Part shown: positions 1 to 7,290 of the stretch, one piece after another
Layout of the letters: the number at the start of each line of letters is the position of its first letter
Numbering within the stretch: position 1 is the stretch's first letter
DNA from: a virus
Virus record (IMG/VR): IMGVR_UViG_3300021961_000021
Strand: one strand, 5' to 3'
Length of the DNA stretch: 64,000 nt
Notes under the pieces: generated by a model
Told to the model about the DNA's origin: nothing
The model's input: the letters and a program-made list of their open reading frames with translations, nothing else
Database searches by the model: none
Program-made: the position numbers and the translations under genes

Positions 1-163
1 AGGTGCCAACCACCTTGGTGGACTGTTCTTCATCTGTCACAGTCTTAGTGCCCGACATCGAGATAATGATGAGACAAAAAACAATAAAAACAATAAAAAA
101 CATACTAGCACCAGCAACTCCACGCAGAAATTCTTTCAGAAATTCTTTATCAGATTCATTCAT
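1..163 (-). CDS. Hypothetical membrane protein, truncated at window edge
   Basis: Hand-translated MNESDKEFLKEFLRGVAGASMFFIVFIVFCLIIISMSG...; ATG overlaps the preceding gene's stop; one hydrophobic stretch. Confidence 0.6.
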   Translation of the reverse strand, partial: MNESDKEFLKEFLRGVAGASMFFIVFIVFCLIIISMSGTKTVTDEEQSTKVVGT

Positions 164-395
164 TTGCTAATTGCTCCATACCTTTGTCATTCTCTTGATA
201 GAGTTTGTCTAGAGCATTGAGTGCTTGTTGTTCATTGAAACTCTCCCTGAATAGTTTCCAACCTTCTTCTAGTTGTTTGTCTGCCCATCCCCAGGCACCG
301 TGCTCCATACCATCAATCTGGGCAGCATCAATCTCTTGTTTGATGAGATGACGTAGCATATCAATTTGTTCTTCAGTCATTTGAGTTTTGCCCAT
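156..395 (-). CDS. Hypothetical protein (79 aa)
   Basis: ORF track; tiles with neighbours on the coding strand. Confidence 0.6.
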   Translation of the reverse strand: MGKTQMTEEQIDMLRHLIKQEIDAAQIDGMEHGAWGWADKQLEEGWKLFRESFNEQQALNALDKLYQENDKGMEQLANE

Positions 396-592
396 TCAGT
401 AATGTTTGGATCATTACCCTCGTAAGAGTAATTCACATACAGATTATCACCACCGATATTCATATGATACATCTTACCATCATTCATATAGATGCCAATC
501 CATACAGCACGTCCTTCTTCCATCGTTTCGTAGTGTACCATCCTCACATCTTCAAGGACGATTTCATCAGGGTTCTTCACAAAGTGGCTCAT
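377..592 (-). CDS. Hypothetical protein (71 aa)
   Basis: ORF track; ATGA overlap with upstream ORF. Confidence 0.6.
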   Translation of the reverse strand: MSHFVKNPDEIVLEDVRMVHYETMEEGRAVWIGIYMNDGKMYHMNIGGDNLYVNYSYEGNDPNITEWAKLK

Positions 593-738
593 TTACGTTT
601 GATAACAGAGATTACTTTTTGGTCTGGATACTGAGACTGTACTACCTGCAGAGCATCCTCATAGTCGATTGCATCTGAAACTAAATGATAATTCACACAA
701 TACTCTTCATTATCCCAGGTTTGAACTTCATAGGGCAT
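589..738 (-). CDS. Hypothetical protein (49 aa, below ORF-track cutoff)
   Basis: Hand-translated MPYEVQTWDNEEYCVNYHLVSDAIDYEDALQVVQSQYPDQKVISVIKRK; fills the gap exactly. Confidence 0.6.
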   Translation of the reverse strand: MPYEVQTWDNEEYCVNYHLVSDAIDYEDALQVVQSQYPDQKVISVIKRK

Positions 739-739
739 A

Positions 740-931
740 TCAATCGTCAGTAAGATGGTCGGCACACATCAGTGTATCACATACGGGACAAGATTCTTCC
801 TTCAATTTAAGCAATACATCACGGATGTACGTTGTAGATTCAAGAAATTCTTTTGCATTTTGTCCACCCAATCGAACAAAATACAATTCTTCAATTGCTT
901 GATTAATCATTTCGTCTCTCGTTTGTTCCAT
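740..931 (-). CDS. Hypothetical protein (63 aa, C-terminal CxxC)
   Basis: ORF track; downstream of a sigma70-like promoter. Confidence 0.6.
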   Translation of the reverse strand: MEQTRDEMINQAIEELYFVRLGGQNAKEFLESTTYIRDVLLKLKEESCPVCDTLMCADHLTDD

Positions 932-937
932 AAGAAT

Positions 938-987
938 GGGGGGTCATTGGGACCCCCCTAGTTTAACAGATTTTAGTCACCTGTCAA
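938..987 (-). promoter_or_regulatory. Sigma70-like early promoter followed by GC hairpin
   Basis: TTGACA (987-982), 16 bp, TGn-TAAACT; then GGGGGGTC-CCAAT-GACCCCCC hairpin (938-958). Confidence 0.55.
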
Positions 988-1205
988 TCGCTGAGCAGAC
1001 TTCGGCAAACCCTCTTACAGGTCTGCTGATCATCATCACATTCGATGAGGCAGTTAAAGTAATCGTTAATCAACTCAAGTTCATCAGTGCATCGGTCGAT
1101 AGTTTCCTCAAAGTGATTCCATTCCGCTAACTGATTATAAGAAACAAGGTTGTGCATAATGTCCTCCACAGAAATGTATTGCCCATAATGTAGTTGGGTT
1201 TTCAT
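984..1205 (-). CDS. Hypothetical protein (73 aa; start revised to MKTQ)
   Basis: ORF track 984..1235; purine-rich RBS (GGAAAGGTGAG) before ATG at 1205. Confidence 0.55.
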   Translation of the reverse strand: MKTQLHYGQYISVEDIMHNLVSYNQLAEWNHFEETIDRCTDELELINDYFNCLIECDDDQQTCKRVCRSLLSD

Positions 1206-1300
1206 CTCACCTTTCCTACCTCCATATTCTACCAATATCTAGTCTCACTTGATACAAATACTACACAAAAATTTATGCCTACGAGTTTATACTTAGACAC

Positions 1301-1325
1301 AAAAAAAGGACCCCGTAGGGTCCTA
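1301..1325 (-). terminator. Intrinsic terminator after psbA
   Basis: AGGACCC-TACG-GGGTCCT followed by T-run on minus strand. Confidence 0.8.
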
Positions 1326-1348
1326 GTTGGATTCTTAGATTCCTAATA

Positions 1349-2428
1349 TCAACCGATGGAAGGAGCAGTCAGAGCAACAGGAGTTGCTTCAACGCTTGCC
1401 AGGTCCAGAGGGAAGTTGTGAGCGTTACGCTCGTGCATCACTTCCATACCGAGACCAGCACGGTTCAGGATGTCTGCCCAGGTGTTGATCACACGACCTT
1501 GACTATCTTGAATGGACTGGTTGAAGTTGAAACCGTTGAGGTTGAATGCCATTGTGCTAACGCCCAGGGCAGTAAACCAGATACCGACAACAGGCCAAGC
1601 AGCAAGGAAAAAGTGTAGCGAACGAGAGTTGTTGAACGAAGCATATTGGAAGATAAGACGACCGAAATAACCGTGAGCGGCTACAATGTTGTAGGTCTCT
1701 TCTTCTTGTCCGAACTTATAACCGTAGTTCTGTGACTCGTTTTCGGTTGTTTCGCGGACAAGGGAAGACGTAACCAGACTTCCGTGCATAGCACTAAAGA
1801 GACTGCCACCAAATACCCCAGCCACGCCAAGCATATGGAACGGATGCATAAGAATATTGTGTTCTGCTTGGAAGACGAGCATATAGTTAAACGTGCCCGA
1901 GATTCCAAGAGGCATTGCATCGGAGAAGGAACCTTGACCGAAGGGATAAACCAGGAACACAGCAGATGCAGCAGCCACGGGAGCAGAATAAGCAACGCAA
2001 ATCCAAGGACGCATCCCCAGACGATAAGAGAGTTCCCATTCACGACCCATATAAGCATAGATACCAATCAGGAAGTGGAAGACAACGAGTTGGAAAGGAC
2101 CACCGTTGTAGAGCCATTCGTCTAGCGATGCTGCTTCCCAGATGGGATAGAGGTGCAGACCGATAGCATTAGAGGAAGGAACAACAGCACCAGAGATGAT
2201 GTTATTGCCCCACATAAGGGAACCAGCGACGGGTTCACGGATGCCGTCGATGTCCACAGGGGGAGCACCAATGAAGGCGATGATGAAACAAGTAGTAGCA
2301 GCAAGGAGACAGGGAATCATCAGGACACCAAACCAACCGACATAGAGACGGTTATCGGTAGAAGTGACCCAATTACAAAACTGATCCCACTGTGACTCTT
2401 GCCGTTGACGAGTAAGAGTAGCAGTCAT
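1349..2428 (-). CDS. psbA: Photosystem II reaction centre protein D1
   Basis: [56 protein letters not shown]; 359 aa, uninterrupted. Confidence 0.99.
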   Translation of the reverse strand: MTATLTRQRQESQWDQFCNWVTSTDNRLYVGWFGVLMIPCLLAATTCFIIAFIGAPPVDIDGIREPVAGSLMWGNNIISGAVVPSSNAIGLHLYPIWEAASLDEWLYNGGPFQLVVFHFLIGIYAYMGREWELSYRLGMRPWICVAYSAPVAAASAVFLVYPFGQGSFSDAMPLGISGTFNYMLVFQAEHNILMHPFHMLGVAGVFGGSLFSAMHGSLVTSSLVRETTENESQNYGYKFGQEEETYNIVAAHGYFGRLIFQYASFNNSRSLHFFLAAWPVVGIWFTALGVSTMAFNLNGFNFNQSIQDSQGRVINTWADILNRAGLGMEVMHERNAHNFPLDLASVEATPVALTAPSIG

Positions 2429-2459
2429 AGTTTTATTAGAGCGGGTGTTAACGTTAGTT

Positions 2460-2509
2460 AAGTAAACAAAAAGTAACGAGATGAAACATTTCGTAACCTT
2501 TGTTTACTT
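2460..2509 (-). promoter_or_regulatory. psbA 5' leader hairpin (PhotoRC-II-like) with 10-bp periodic GT(T/A)AC-like repeats
   Basis: AAGTAAACAAA...TTTGTTTACTT perfect 11-bp outer arms with an imperfect inner stem. Confidence 0.55.
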
Positions 2510-2542
2510 ATTTATAATAGTACGGTTTTCACCCACTGTCAA
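2509..2542 (-). promoter_or_regulatory. Fused early (sigma70) and late (gp55) promoter of psbA
   Basis: TTGACA (2542-2537), 17 bp, TATTAT (2519-2514), overlapping TATAAATA (2516-2509). Confidence 0.85.
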
Positions 2543-2555
2543 GCCCCTAGTCCAC

Positions 2556-2786
2556 TTAATCAACTGGTCCAATGTCGGAGTGCCACTCCAGATAATGCTC
2601 CATCAATTCCTGATCAAACCTTTCATTATCAAATGAGCGATAGATACCCTGCGACAAAATGTAATCTAAAAACTCGTAAGTGTAACTGGTGATACCACCA
2701 TTACAACAAAAAGACCGAAGGAGCCGCAAACGCCACTCCATTCGGTCATCGGTATATCGCCAGTCACTTTGATAGTTACTGTTCAT
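2556..2786 (-). CDS. Hypothetical protein (76 aa)
   Basis: ORF track; tiles on the coding strand. Confidence 0.6.
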   Translation of the reverse strand: MNSNYQSDWRYTDDRMEWRLRLLRSFCCNGGITSYTYEFLDYILSQGIYRSFDNERFDQELMEHYLEWHSDIGPVD

Positions 2787-3069
2787 TCGGAATCATCCTA
2801 ATCTTTCTCGGATTATAGACACAGTTCTCTCCTAGTTCGCACAATTTAATATAATATTCAGCTTTGACCTGGGAGAGATCCATATATTGTTTGAGATCTC
2901 TCCACTCATTACCTGTCTGAACTTGAAGTCTGTATCGTATCCGTGTCACATTAGGAAACCATCTCAATTGATATTTATGCGACGGATACCTCTTCAAATC
3001 TAGAAAGATAATTGTAAGCGTAGTGTGTACGAGCACCGTGGATACCCCATCCAATCCAAGAATAGGCAT
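2776..3069 (-). CDS. Hypothetical protein; true start probably near 2950-2965
   Basis: ORF track; late-promoter-like ATAAATA at 2978-2972 implies a later start. Confidence 0.5.
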   Translation of the reverse strand: MPILGLDGVSTVLVHTTLTIIFLDLKRYPSHKYQLRWFPNVTRIRYRLQVQTGNEWRDLKQYMDLSQVKAEYYIKLCELGENCVYNPRKIRMIPNEQ

Positions 3070-3595
3070 AATTCATATACCTTTCGATGGATTTTCCAGG
3101 AACACGCATCGCTGATTCAATTCGCTTCCACTGAGTTTCATTAGTTAAGTAACGAAGCTGGGTATGAAGTGATGAAGGATCACCACCATAACGGTTAGCG
3201 AAAGAACCAAGACCAATGTACCTGTTAGTTGAGGTCCATTGAATCAAACCATAACCACCATATCTACAAGCATTATACGAGACTCTACTACCACCCTCAC
3301 AAATGTTTGCGTGGAAGTTAGACTCCTGTTTAATGTTGCCCATAATGGCAGCCAACGAGTTTCGATCTCGGATCCCAACTTCTTGGAAATACGCGAGAGC
3401 GAGACTTTCATTGTGGTTACACCCTTTACAAATTAGTCTTGTCTCTTTGGGTTCTGGAGCAACCTCTCTGGTCGCTGTCTTCTCAGGTACTGATGGAGGT
3501 GGACCATCCATTTTGTAATTAGAGAATGGCAGTGTTGCCGTACTGGTTGTAACCGTTACCGCAAGGGGCAGGGCTACTGAAAGGAATTGTTGCAC
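2975..3595 (-). CDS. Putative cell-wall hydrolase (phage tail lysozyme / Phage_lysozyme2-like) with N-terminal signal-like segment
   Basis: AAIMGNIKQESNF catalytic-Glu motif and GYGLIQWT motif; GTG start. Confidence 0.75.
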   Translation of the reverse strand: MQQFLSVALPLAVTVTTSTATLPFSNYKMDGPPPSVPEKTATREVAPEPKETRLICKGCNHNESLALAYFQEVGIRDRNSLAAIMGNIKQESNFHANICEGGSRVSYNACRYGGYGLIQWTSTNRYIGLGSFANRYGGDPSSLHTQLRYLTNETQWKRIESAMRVPGKSIERYMNYAYSWIGWGIHGARTHYAYNYLSRFEEVSVA

Positions 3596-3605
3596 TAAAA
3601 ATAAT

Positions 3606-3670
3606 AGAACTCTACATCCGAATAGAAGGGGGGTACACCTAACCTCTCAGCAGGCACCTTCCTCGGCTCT
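3606..3670 (-). ncRNA. Candidate structured 5' leader RNA of the hydrolase gene
   Basis: CCGA-GGAAGG pairs with CCTTCT-AT-TCGG; internal GAGA tetraloop stem; AGAGC/GTTCT closing stem. Confidence 0.35.
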
Positions 3671-3691
3671 AAATCAAATCACATTCTCATA

Positions 3692-3722
3692 GTAAAAACC
3701 CGCCACATTGTGACGGGTTTAC
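3692..3722 (-). terminator. Intrinsic terminator after lysozyme
   Basis: AAACCCGTCAC-AAT-GTGGCGGGTTT-TT. Confidence 0.65.
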
Positions 3723-3747
3723 ATAGTATCAATTATTTAGGTGTTTG

Positions 3748-4251
3748 TCAACCCTTCTTCCACGCTTCGCCTTCTGCCTTACGGCGGCGAGCAAGACCTG
3801 CTTCTACGTTGGAACCAGGGTTGCGGTACATATAAAGAGCATCAGGAACTAAGTCCCATTCCTTATTTTTAAGTCGCTTAGTAATGGTATTAAAATCACC
3901 ACTACCGTAGAACCCAGCACCCAAATTATAAGCGAAAGAAAGAAGAGCACCTCTCTTACCATCACTCATTTCATTCCAATGAGGAATCTTTTGAAGTGCA
4001 GGAATGAATTGCTTCTTGCACTGATCAATGAGAAGTTCATCTGCTTCTGCTTGAGTGAGAGTATCTCCCATTTGGAATGCAGAACCATCTTTCTTACGGG
4101 TTGAACCCCAACCAATAGTGATTGGAAGTCCACCACTCAGAGGATCGGGATATGCATTTAAATGACATCCTTCAAATTCTTTGATCAATTTGATTCCCAT
4201 CATAGGAACCTCACCACTTGCGGCAGCAGGAGCACTACTGCCGCTGGTTAC
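3748..4251 (-). CDS. GH24 (T4-lysozyme-like) muramidase frame; probably reached by -1 frameshift from 4248..4481, with alternative starts at 4281 or 4203
   Basis: IKEFEGCHLNAYPDP...ITIGWGST, ALLSFAYNLG, GLARRRKAE motifs. Confidence 0.9.
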   Translation of the reverse strand, partial: VTSGSSAPAAASGEVPMMGIKLIKEFEGCHLNAYPDPLSGGLPITIGWGSTRKKDGSAFQMGDTLTQAEADELLIDQCKKQFIPALQKIPHWNEMSDGKRGALLSFAYNLGAGFYGSGDFNTITKRLKNKEWDLVPDALYMYRNPGSNVEAGLARRRKAEGEAWKKG

Positions 4252-4257
4252 TTTCCC
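4220..4257 (-). promoter_or_regulatory. Putative -1 programmed ribosomal frameshift signal
   Basis: G GGA AAG heptamer (4257-4251) in frame just before TAA; 6-nt spacer; 10-bp stem GCGGCAGTAG/CTGCTGCCGC with 5-nt loop (4244-4220). Confidence 0.7.
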
Positions 4258-4481
4258 AGAGGTTTGCCACAATGAGGACATACATCTCCCGTTGGAGCGG
4301 CAGCAGCAGGTGCTGCAGGTGCTGCTGCACCTTTCTTACCTCTGTAGATTTCTGCCCAATCAATGTTATCTTCCAGATACTTGATAGGGAGATTATCTTC
4401 TAACCATTGTACTGCTTTGACGTGGTTAGGGTTCTTCTCATCATAGAATTGAAAGAAGTTGTGTAAATCGATACGTGCCAT
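4248..4481 (-). CDS. 77-aa N-terminal module (DLHNFF...WLEDNLP) with Ala/Pro linker and CPHC tail
   Basis: GAGGAG RBS before ATG 4481; paralogous to the N-terminus of the adjacent C39 peptidase. Confidence 0.8.
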   Translation of the reverse strand: MARIDLHNFFQFYDEKNPNHVKAVQWLEDNLPIKYLEDNIDWAEIYRGKKGAAAPAAPAAAAPTGDVCPHCGKPLGK

Positions 4482-4492
4482 TTTAGTTCTCC

Positions 4493-5164
4493 TCAATCAA
4501 AGATGCGACCCCAACCATCGTTGCCACCTGGGCACCAACGATGCTTAAGAACTGCTTTTGTGTAAACGGTTTTCTTACCGTTCTCAACAGGACCACTGTA
4601 GTTATCATTCAATGAACCATACGGATCATTAACGTAATAACCTTTACCATCAGGTGTCTTACCGATAACAACACACATATGACCACCTGTAGGGTTGGTC
4701 AGAGAACCACGATGTAGGATACCAATAACAACTGGTTTACCTGCATCAAGACTCTTGTCGATATCGGAGAAAGACAAGTTGTAACTAAAATGGGACTTGA
4801 CACCATACGCTTGCAGAACCTTAGTCTGTACAGCGTGGTCAGTTGTGTCACCAATTTCAAATACTTTCTTGACATATTCATCATCGCCTTTAATAGATCC
4901 AGGCTTGAGGAATGCAAGACACATTGCACAGGACGAACTGTTACAAGTTCTATGTGCGTCTCTATAGTTATCTACTTGATTGAAGTAGGGCACATCCAGC
5001 ACTGCTGGTGTGGGAGGTTTGGTACGGAAGATAGAAACCCATTCGGTTTCAGAATCATCCATAAACGCTTCTGGAAGATTATCCTCCAACCACTGCACTG
5101 CGGCAACGTGATTGGGGTTCTTCTCATCATAATACTTAAAAAAGTTATGAAGATCTAAAGTCAT
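4493..5164 (-). CDS. C39-like (papain-fold) peptidase, putative peptidoglycan hydrolase, with the shared N-terminal module
   Basis: LDVPYFNQ...TCNSSSCAM (Gln/Cys), GGHMCVVIG (His), VNDPYG (Asp); late promoter CATAAATA at 5197-5190. Confidence 0.8.
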   Translation of the reverse strand: MTLDLHNFFKYYDEKNPNHVAAVQWLEDNLPEAFMDDSETEWVSIFRTKPPTPAVLDVPYFNQVDNYRDAHRTCNSSSCAMCLAFLKPGSIKGDDEYVKKVFEIGDTTDHAVQTKVLQAYGVKSHFSYNLSFSDIDKSLDAGKPVVIGILHRGSLTNPTGGHMCVVIGKTPDGKGYYVNDPYGSLNDNYSGPVENGKKTVYTKAVLKHRWCPGGNDGWGRIFD

Positions 5165-5202
5165 CGTATGCCGTGATGAGAGGCAAATGTATTTATGTAA
5201 AT

Positions 5203-5226
5203 AAAAAATGCCCCTTTCGGGGCATC
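5203..5226 (-). terminator. Intrinsic terminator after hli
   Basis: ATGCCCC-GAAA-GGGGCAT then T-run. Confidence 0.8.
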
Positions 5227-5231
5227 ACCTA

Positions 5232-5339
5232 TCACCAAATTCCAGGAATGATCTGACCTGTTGCGGCATAGGAACCAATTGCGGCAACGATACCGATCAT
5301 TGCTGCCCAACCATTAATACGTTCTGCATTTTCGTTCAT
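5232..5339 (-). CDS. hli: High-light-inducible protein (35 aa)
   Basis: Hand-translated MNENAERINGWAAMIGIVAAIGSYAATGQIIPGIW; AExxNGxxAM and TGQIIPG motifs. Confidence 0.95.
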   Translation of the reverse strand: MNENAERINGWAAMIGIVAAIGSYAATGQIIPGIW

Positions 5340-5431
5340 TGTTTTTCTCCTTTTTTAGTGTAATAGATTCCGCCACCAACAGTAATGGCAGTAGTGAGTG
5401 CAAAGAATACTACAATAAGTGCTGTTGTCAT
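5336..5431 (-). CDS. Small single-TM peptide (31 aa)
   Basis: Hand-translated MTTALIVVFFALTTAITVGGGIYYTKKGEKQ; ATGA overlaps at both ends. Confidence 0.55.
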   Translation of the reverse strand: MTTALIVVFFALTTAITVGGGIYYTKKGEKQ

Positions 5432-5577
5432 TTATTTTTTTCTTTTGATTTGTTGTAGATAATGATTTCTTCACCATTGTGGGTGAATACTAATTCGTCA
5501 TCGTGCCCCCAGCAGAGTTCTCCATATAGGGCATTTAGTTTTGCCATATCCTCATATAACTGATCAGGATTTGGCAT
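5428..5577 (-). CDS. Small hypothetical protein (49 aa)
   Basis: Hand-translated MPNPDQLYEDMAKLNALYGELCWGHDDELVFTHNGEEIIIYNKSKEKNK. Confidence 0.65.
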   Translation of the reverse strand: MPNPDQLYEDMAKLNALYGELCWGHDDELVFTHNGEEIIIYNKSKEKNK

Positions 5578-6088
5578 AACCAGTCTTTAGATAATCAAGG
5601 ACTGTCATAGGATCACTAACCTCGTAAGGATCTGAGGGGCAGTTGCCAACCTTGCCAGGTTCAACAAACATTTGTTCGATCTCACCATTGTTCACAACCA
5701 TTGCATATCGCCAAGAACGATACCCAAATCCAAGATTAACCTTGGCAACTGACATACCCATAGAGTAAGTAAAGTCACCGCTGCCATCAGGCAATGCCTT
5801 AACCTTTTCAATACCTTGATCTTTGAACCAGGCATTCATAACAAAGCTGTCGTTAACAGACAGGCAATAAATATCGTCAATGCCCAGTGAAATGAAGTCA
5901 TCGTAATACTCCTCGTATCCAGGGAGTTGAAATGAACTACAGGTGGGAGTGAAAGCACCAGGAAGTGCAAACACAACTACTCGTTTGTTATCAAAAATCT
6001 CAGACGTAGTGAGATCTTTCCAATAATACGATCCAATAACTTCGTCGTGTTGACGAGTCTTAAAAGTAACTTCAGGAACTCTGGTCAT
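5564..6088 (-). CDS. Peroxiredoxin (Prx5/type II family)
   Basis: VVVFALPGAFTPTCS peroxidatic motif, CLSVNDSFVMNAW, RSWRYAMVV. Confidence 0.93.
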   Translation of the reverse strand: MTRVPEVTFKTRQHDEVIGSYYWKDLTTSEIFDNKRVVVFALPGAFTPTCSSFQLPGYEEYYDDFISLGIDDIYCLSVNDSFVMNAWFKDQGIEKVKALPDGSGDFTYSMGMSVAKVNLGFGYRSWRYAMVVNNGEIEQMFVEPGKVGNCPSDPYEVSDPMTVLDYLKTGYAKS

Positions 6089-6314
6089 TAGTAGCTTGAG
6101 ATGGAATAACAGGGTTGCGAGAGCGATTCTTAATTACGATGAACGCATCGTTCTGATATCGAATCTCGCCAAATGGAGGTGCCCATTTAGGGTTTGCCCC
6201 CTCAGTTTGGTGGATGCCACTTGTAGAGACTCCACCAATTTCAACTCGGATGTCATCATCTTTTGTCCATCCGAGATTCATCATTGTTTTTACAATCTGA
6301 TCTTCAATTGTCAC
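6072..6314 (-). CDS. Hypothetical protein (80 aa)
   Basis: ORF track; coupled to petF stop. Confidence 0.65.
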   Translation of the reverse strand: MTIEDQIVKTMMNLGWTKDDDIRVEIGGVSTSGIHQTEGANPKWAPPFGEIRYQNDAFIVIKNRSRNPVIPSQATNDQSS

Positions 6315-6601
6315 AGGTTCTCTTCCTGCTCAGTCAGAATCACCACATCGCTAGTGGGATAAGCAACACAGGTGAGGAGATATCCATCAGCAATTTGCTC
6401 ATCATCAAGGAAGGATTGTTCTTCATTGTCCACAGTGCCGCTGATCAATCGACCAGCACAAGTTGAGCAAGCACCTGCACGGCAGGAGTAGGGGAGATCC
6501 ACTCCTGCTTCTTCTGCTGCTTCCAGAATATACTGATCAGGAGCACACACAAAGGTGGTCTCGGTGCCGTCAGTTAGTTGAAGCGTAACGTTGTATGCCA
6601 T
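6311..6601 (-). CDS. petF: Plant-type [2Fe-2S] ferredoxin
   Basis: [15 protein letters not shown]...LLTCVAYP. Confidence 0.98.
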   Translation of the reverse strand: MAYNVTLQLTDGTETTFVCAPDQYILEAAEEAGVDLPYSCRAGACSTCAGRLISGTVDNEEQSFLDDEQIADGYLLTCVAYPTSDVVILTEQEENL

Positions 6602-6687
6602 TAATAAGTCTCACAAACTTTTTCTACTGATGCTGCCAACAAAACGAAGAAGGCAACAGATGTGATTGTAAAGATAATCGAAGTCAT
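6601..6687 (-). CDS. Small single-TM peptide (28 aa)
   Basis: Hand-translated [28 protein letters not shown]; TAATG overlap with petF. Confidence 0.55.
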   Translation of the reverse strand: MTSIIFTITSVAFFVLLAASVEKVCETY

Positions 6688-6700
6688 TGTCAACTATTTG

Positions 6701-6910
6701 TCAGAGGATCCCGAAGAAGAGTTTGCCAGTGAGAGCATAAGAAAGAGCCCCAGCAATAATACCGACCATTGCCCAGCGCCCATTTGCTTTCTCCGCTTTT
6801 ACAGCATAAGGTTCAATGCCATAGCGTTCCAAATCTTCAGCAGTCATATACATCGAAGGTTCTTTAGCAAACATATTCATTTGCCCGAACTCATTTTTTG
6901 TAACAGTCAT
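6701..6910 (-). CDS. hli: High-light-inducible protein (69 aa, start revised)
   Basis: MNMFAKEP...AEKANGRWAMVGIIAGALSYALTGKLFFG; promoter lies between 6910 and the ORF-track start. Confidence 0.93.
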   Translation of the reverse strand: MTVTKNEFGQMNMFAKEPSMYMTAEDLERYGIEPYAVKAEKANGRWAMVGIIAGALSYALTGKLFFGIL

Positions 6911-6914
6911 TGTC

Positions 6915-6964
6915 TTTGTAACGAATTGCAACATAAGTATATATACTTTGTTAAGAAATGTCAA
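6915..6964 (-). promoter_or_regulatory. Sigma70 promoter of hli with HLR1-like direct repeats
   Basis: TTGACA (6964-6959), 17 bp, TATACT (6941-6936); GTTGCAAT-TC-GTTACAAA (6932-6915). Confidence 0.75.
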
Positions 6965-6987
6965 GACCTTTTGTTTTGAAATCCTGA

Positions 6988-7224
6988 TCAATTGTAGTGG
7001 CGATAGGCACCTACTTCAGGATCAGGGTCCAACCATTTTGCATACTCGGGGTCCTCAATCGCAGTCTGCAACTGCATTTCATTGTCGCAAAGGTACATAT
7101 CAGCATACCGTTTTGTCCATTCATTAAATTTTTGAATCCGACAATCGGGTTTGCCGTTAATCTCCAGGGTTCCACACGTCACAAAACGGTAGGGATACCG
7201 CTCTAGAAGGACAACTGGTTTCAT
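6988..7224 (-). CDS. Hypothetical protein (start revised to MKPV)
   Basis: ORF track; GAGG RBS before ATG 7224. Confidence 0.7.
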   Translation of the reverse strand: MKPVVLLERYPYRFVTCGTLEINGKPDCRIQKFNEWTKRYADMYLCDNEMQLQTAIEDPEYAKWLDPDPEVGAYRHYN

Positions 7225-7256
7225 AGAATCCTCAATCACTCTTAAACTATAGCATT

Positions 7257-7290
7257 AAAAAAGGACCCACATAGGGTCCTTGTGACAGTT
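7257..7290 (-). promoter_or_regulatory. Hairpin/terminator with AACTGTCAC half-site upstream and extended -10 downstream
   Basis: AACTGTCAC-AAGGACCC-TATGT-GGGTCCTTTTTT-AATGCTATAGT. Confidence 0.55.

Noticed and set aside
3620-3660. GGTGCC..GCTGAGA..TACCC resemblance to a TPP riboswitch
   Set aside because: The P4/P5 half (GAACCTGAT...TAATGCC..CGTAGG) is absent; CTGAGA is explained by a GAGA tetraloop. No c-di-AMP (ydaO) consensus either.
6911-6991. Longer ORF-track starts (hli 6991; also talC 9110, hsp20 31739, gp21 56452, nrdB 11257)
   Set aside because: The extensions run through promoters, terminators or upstream genes; family N-termini and RBS motifs point to later starts.
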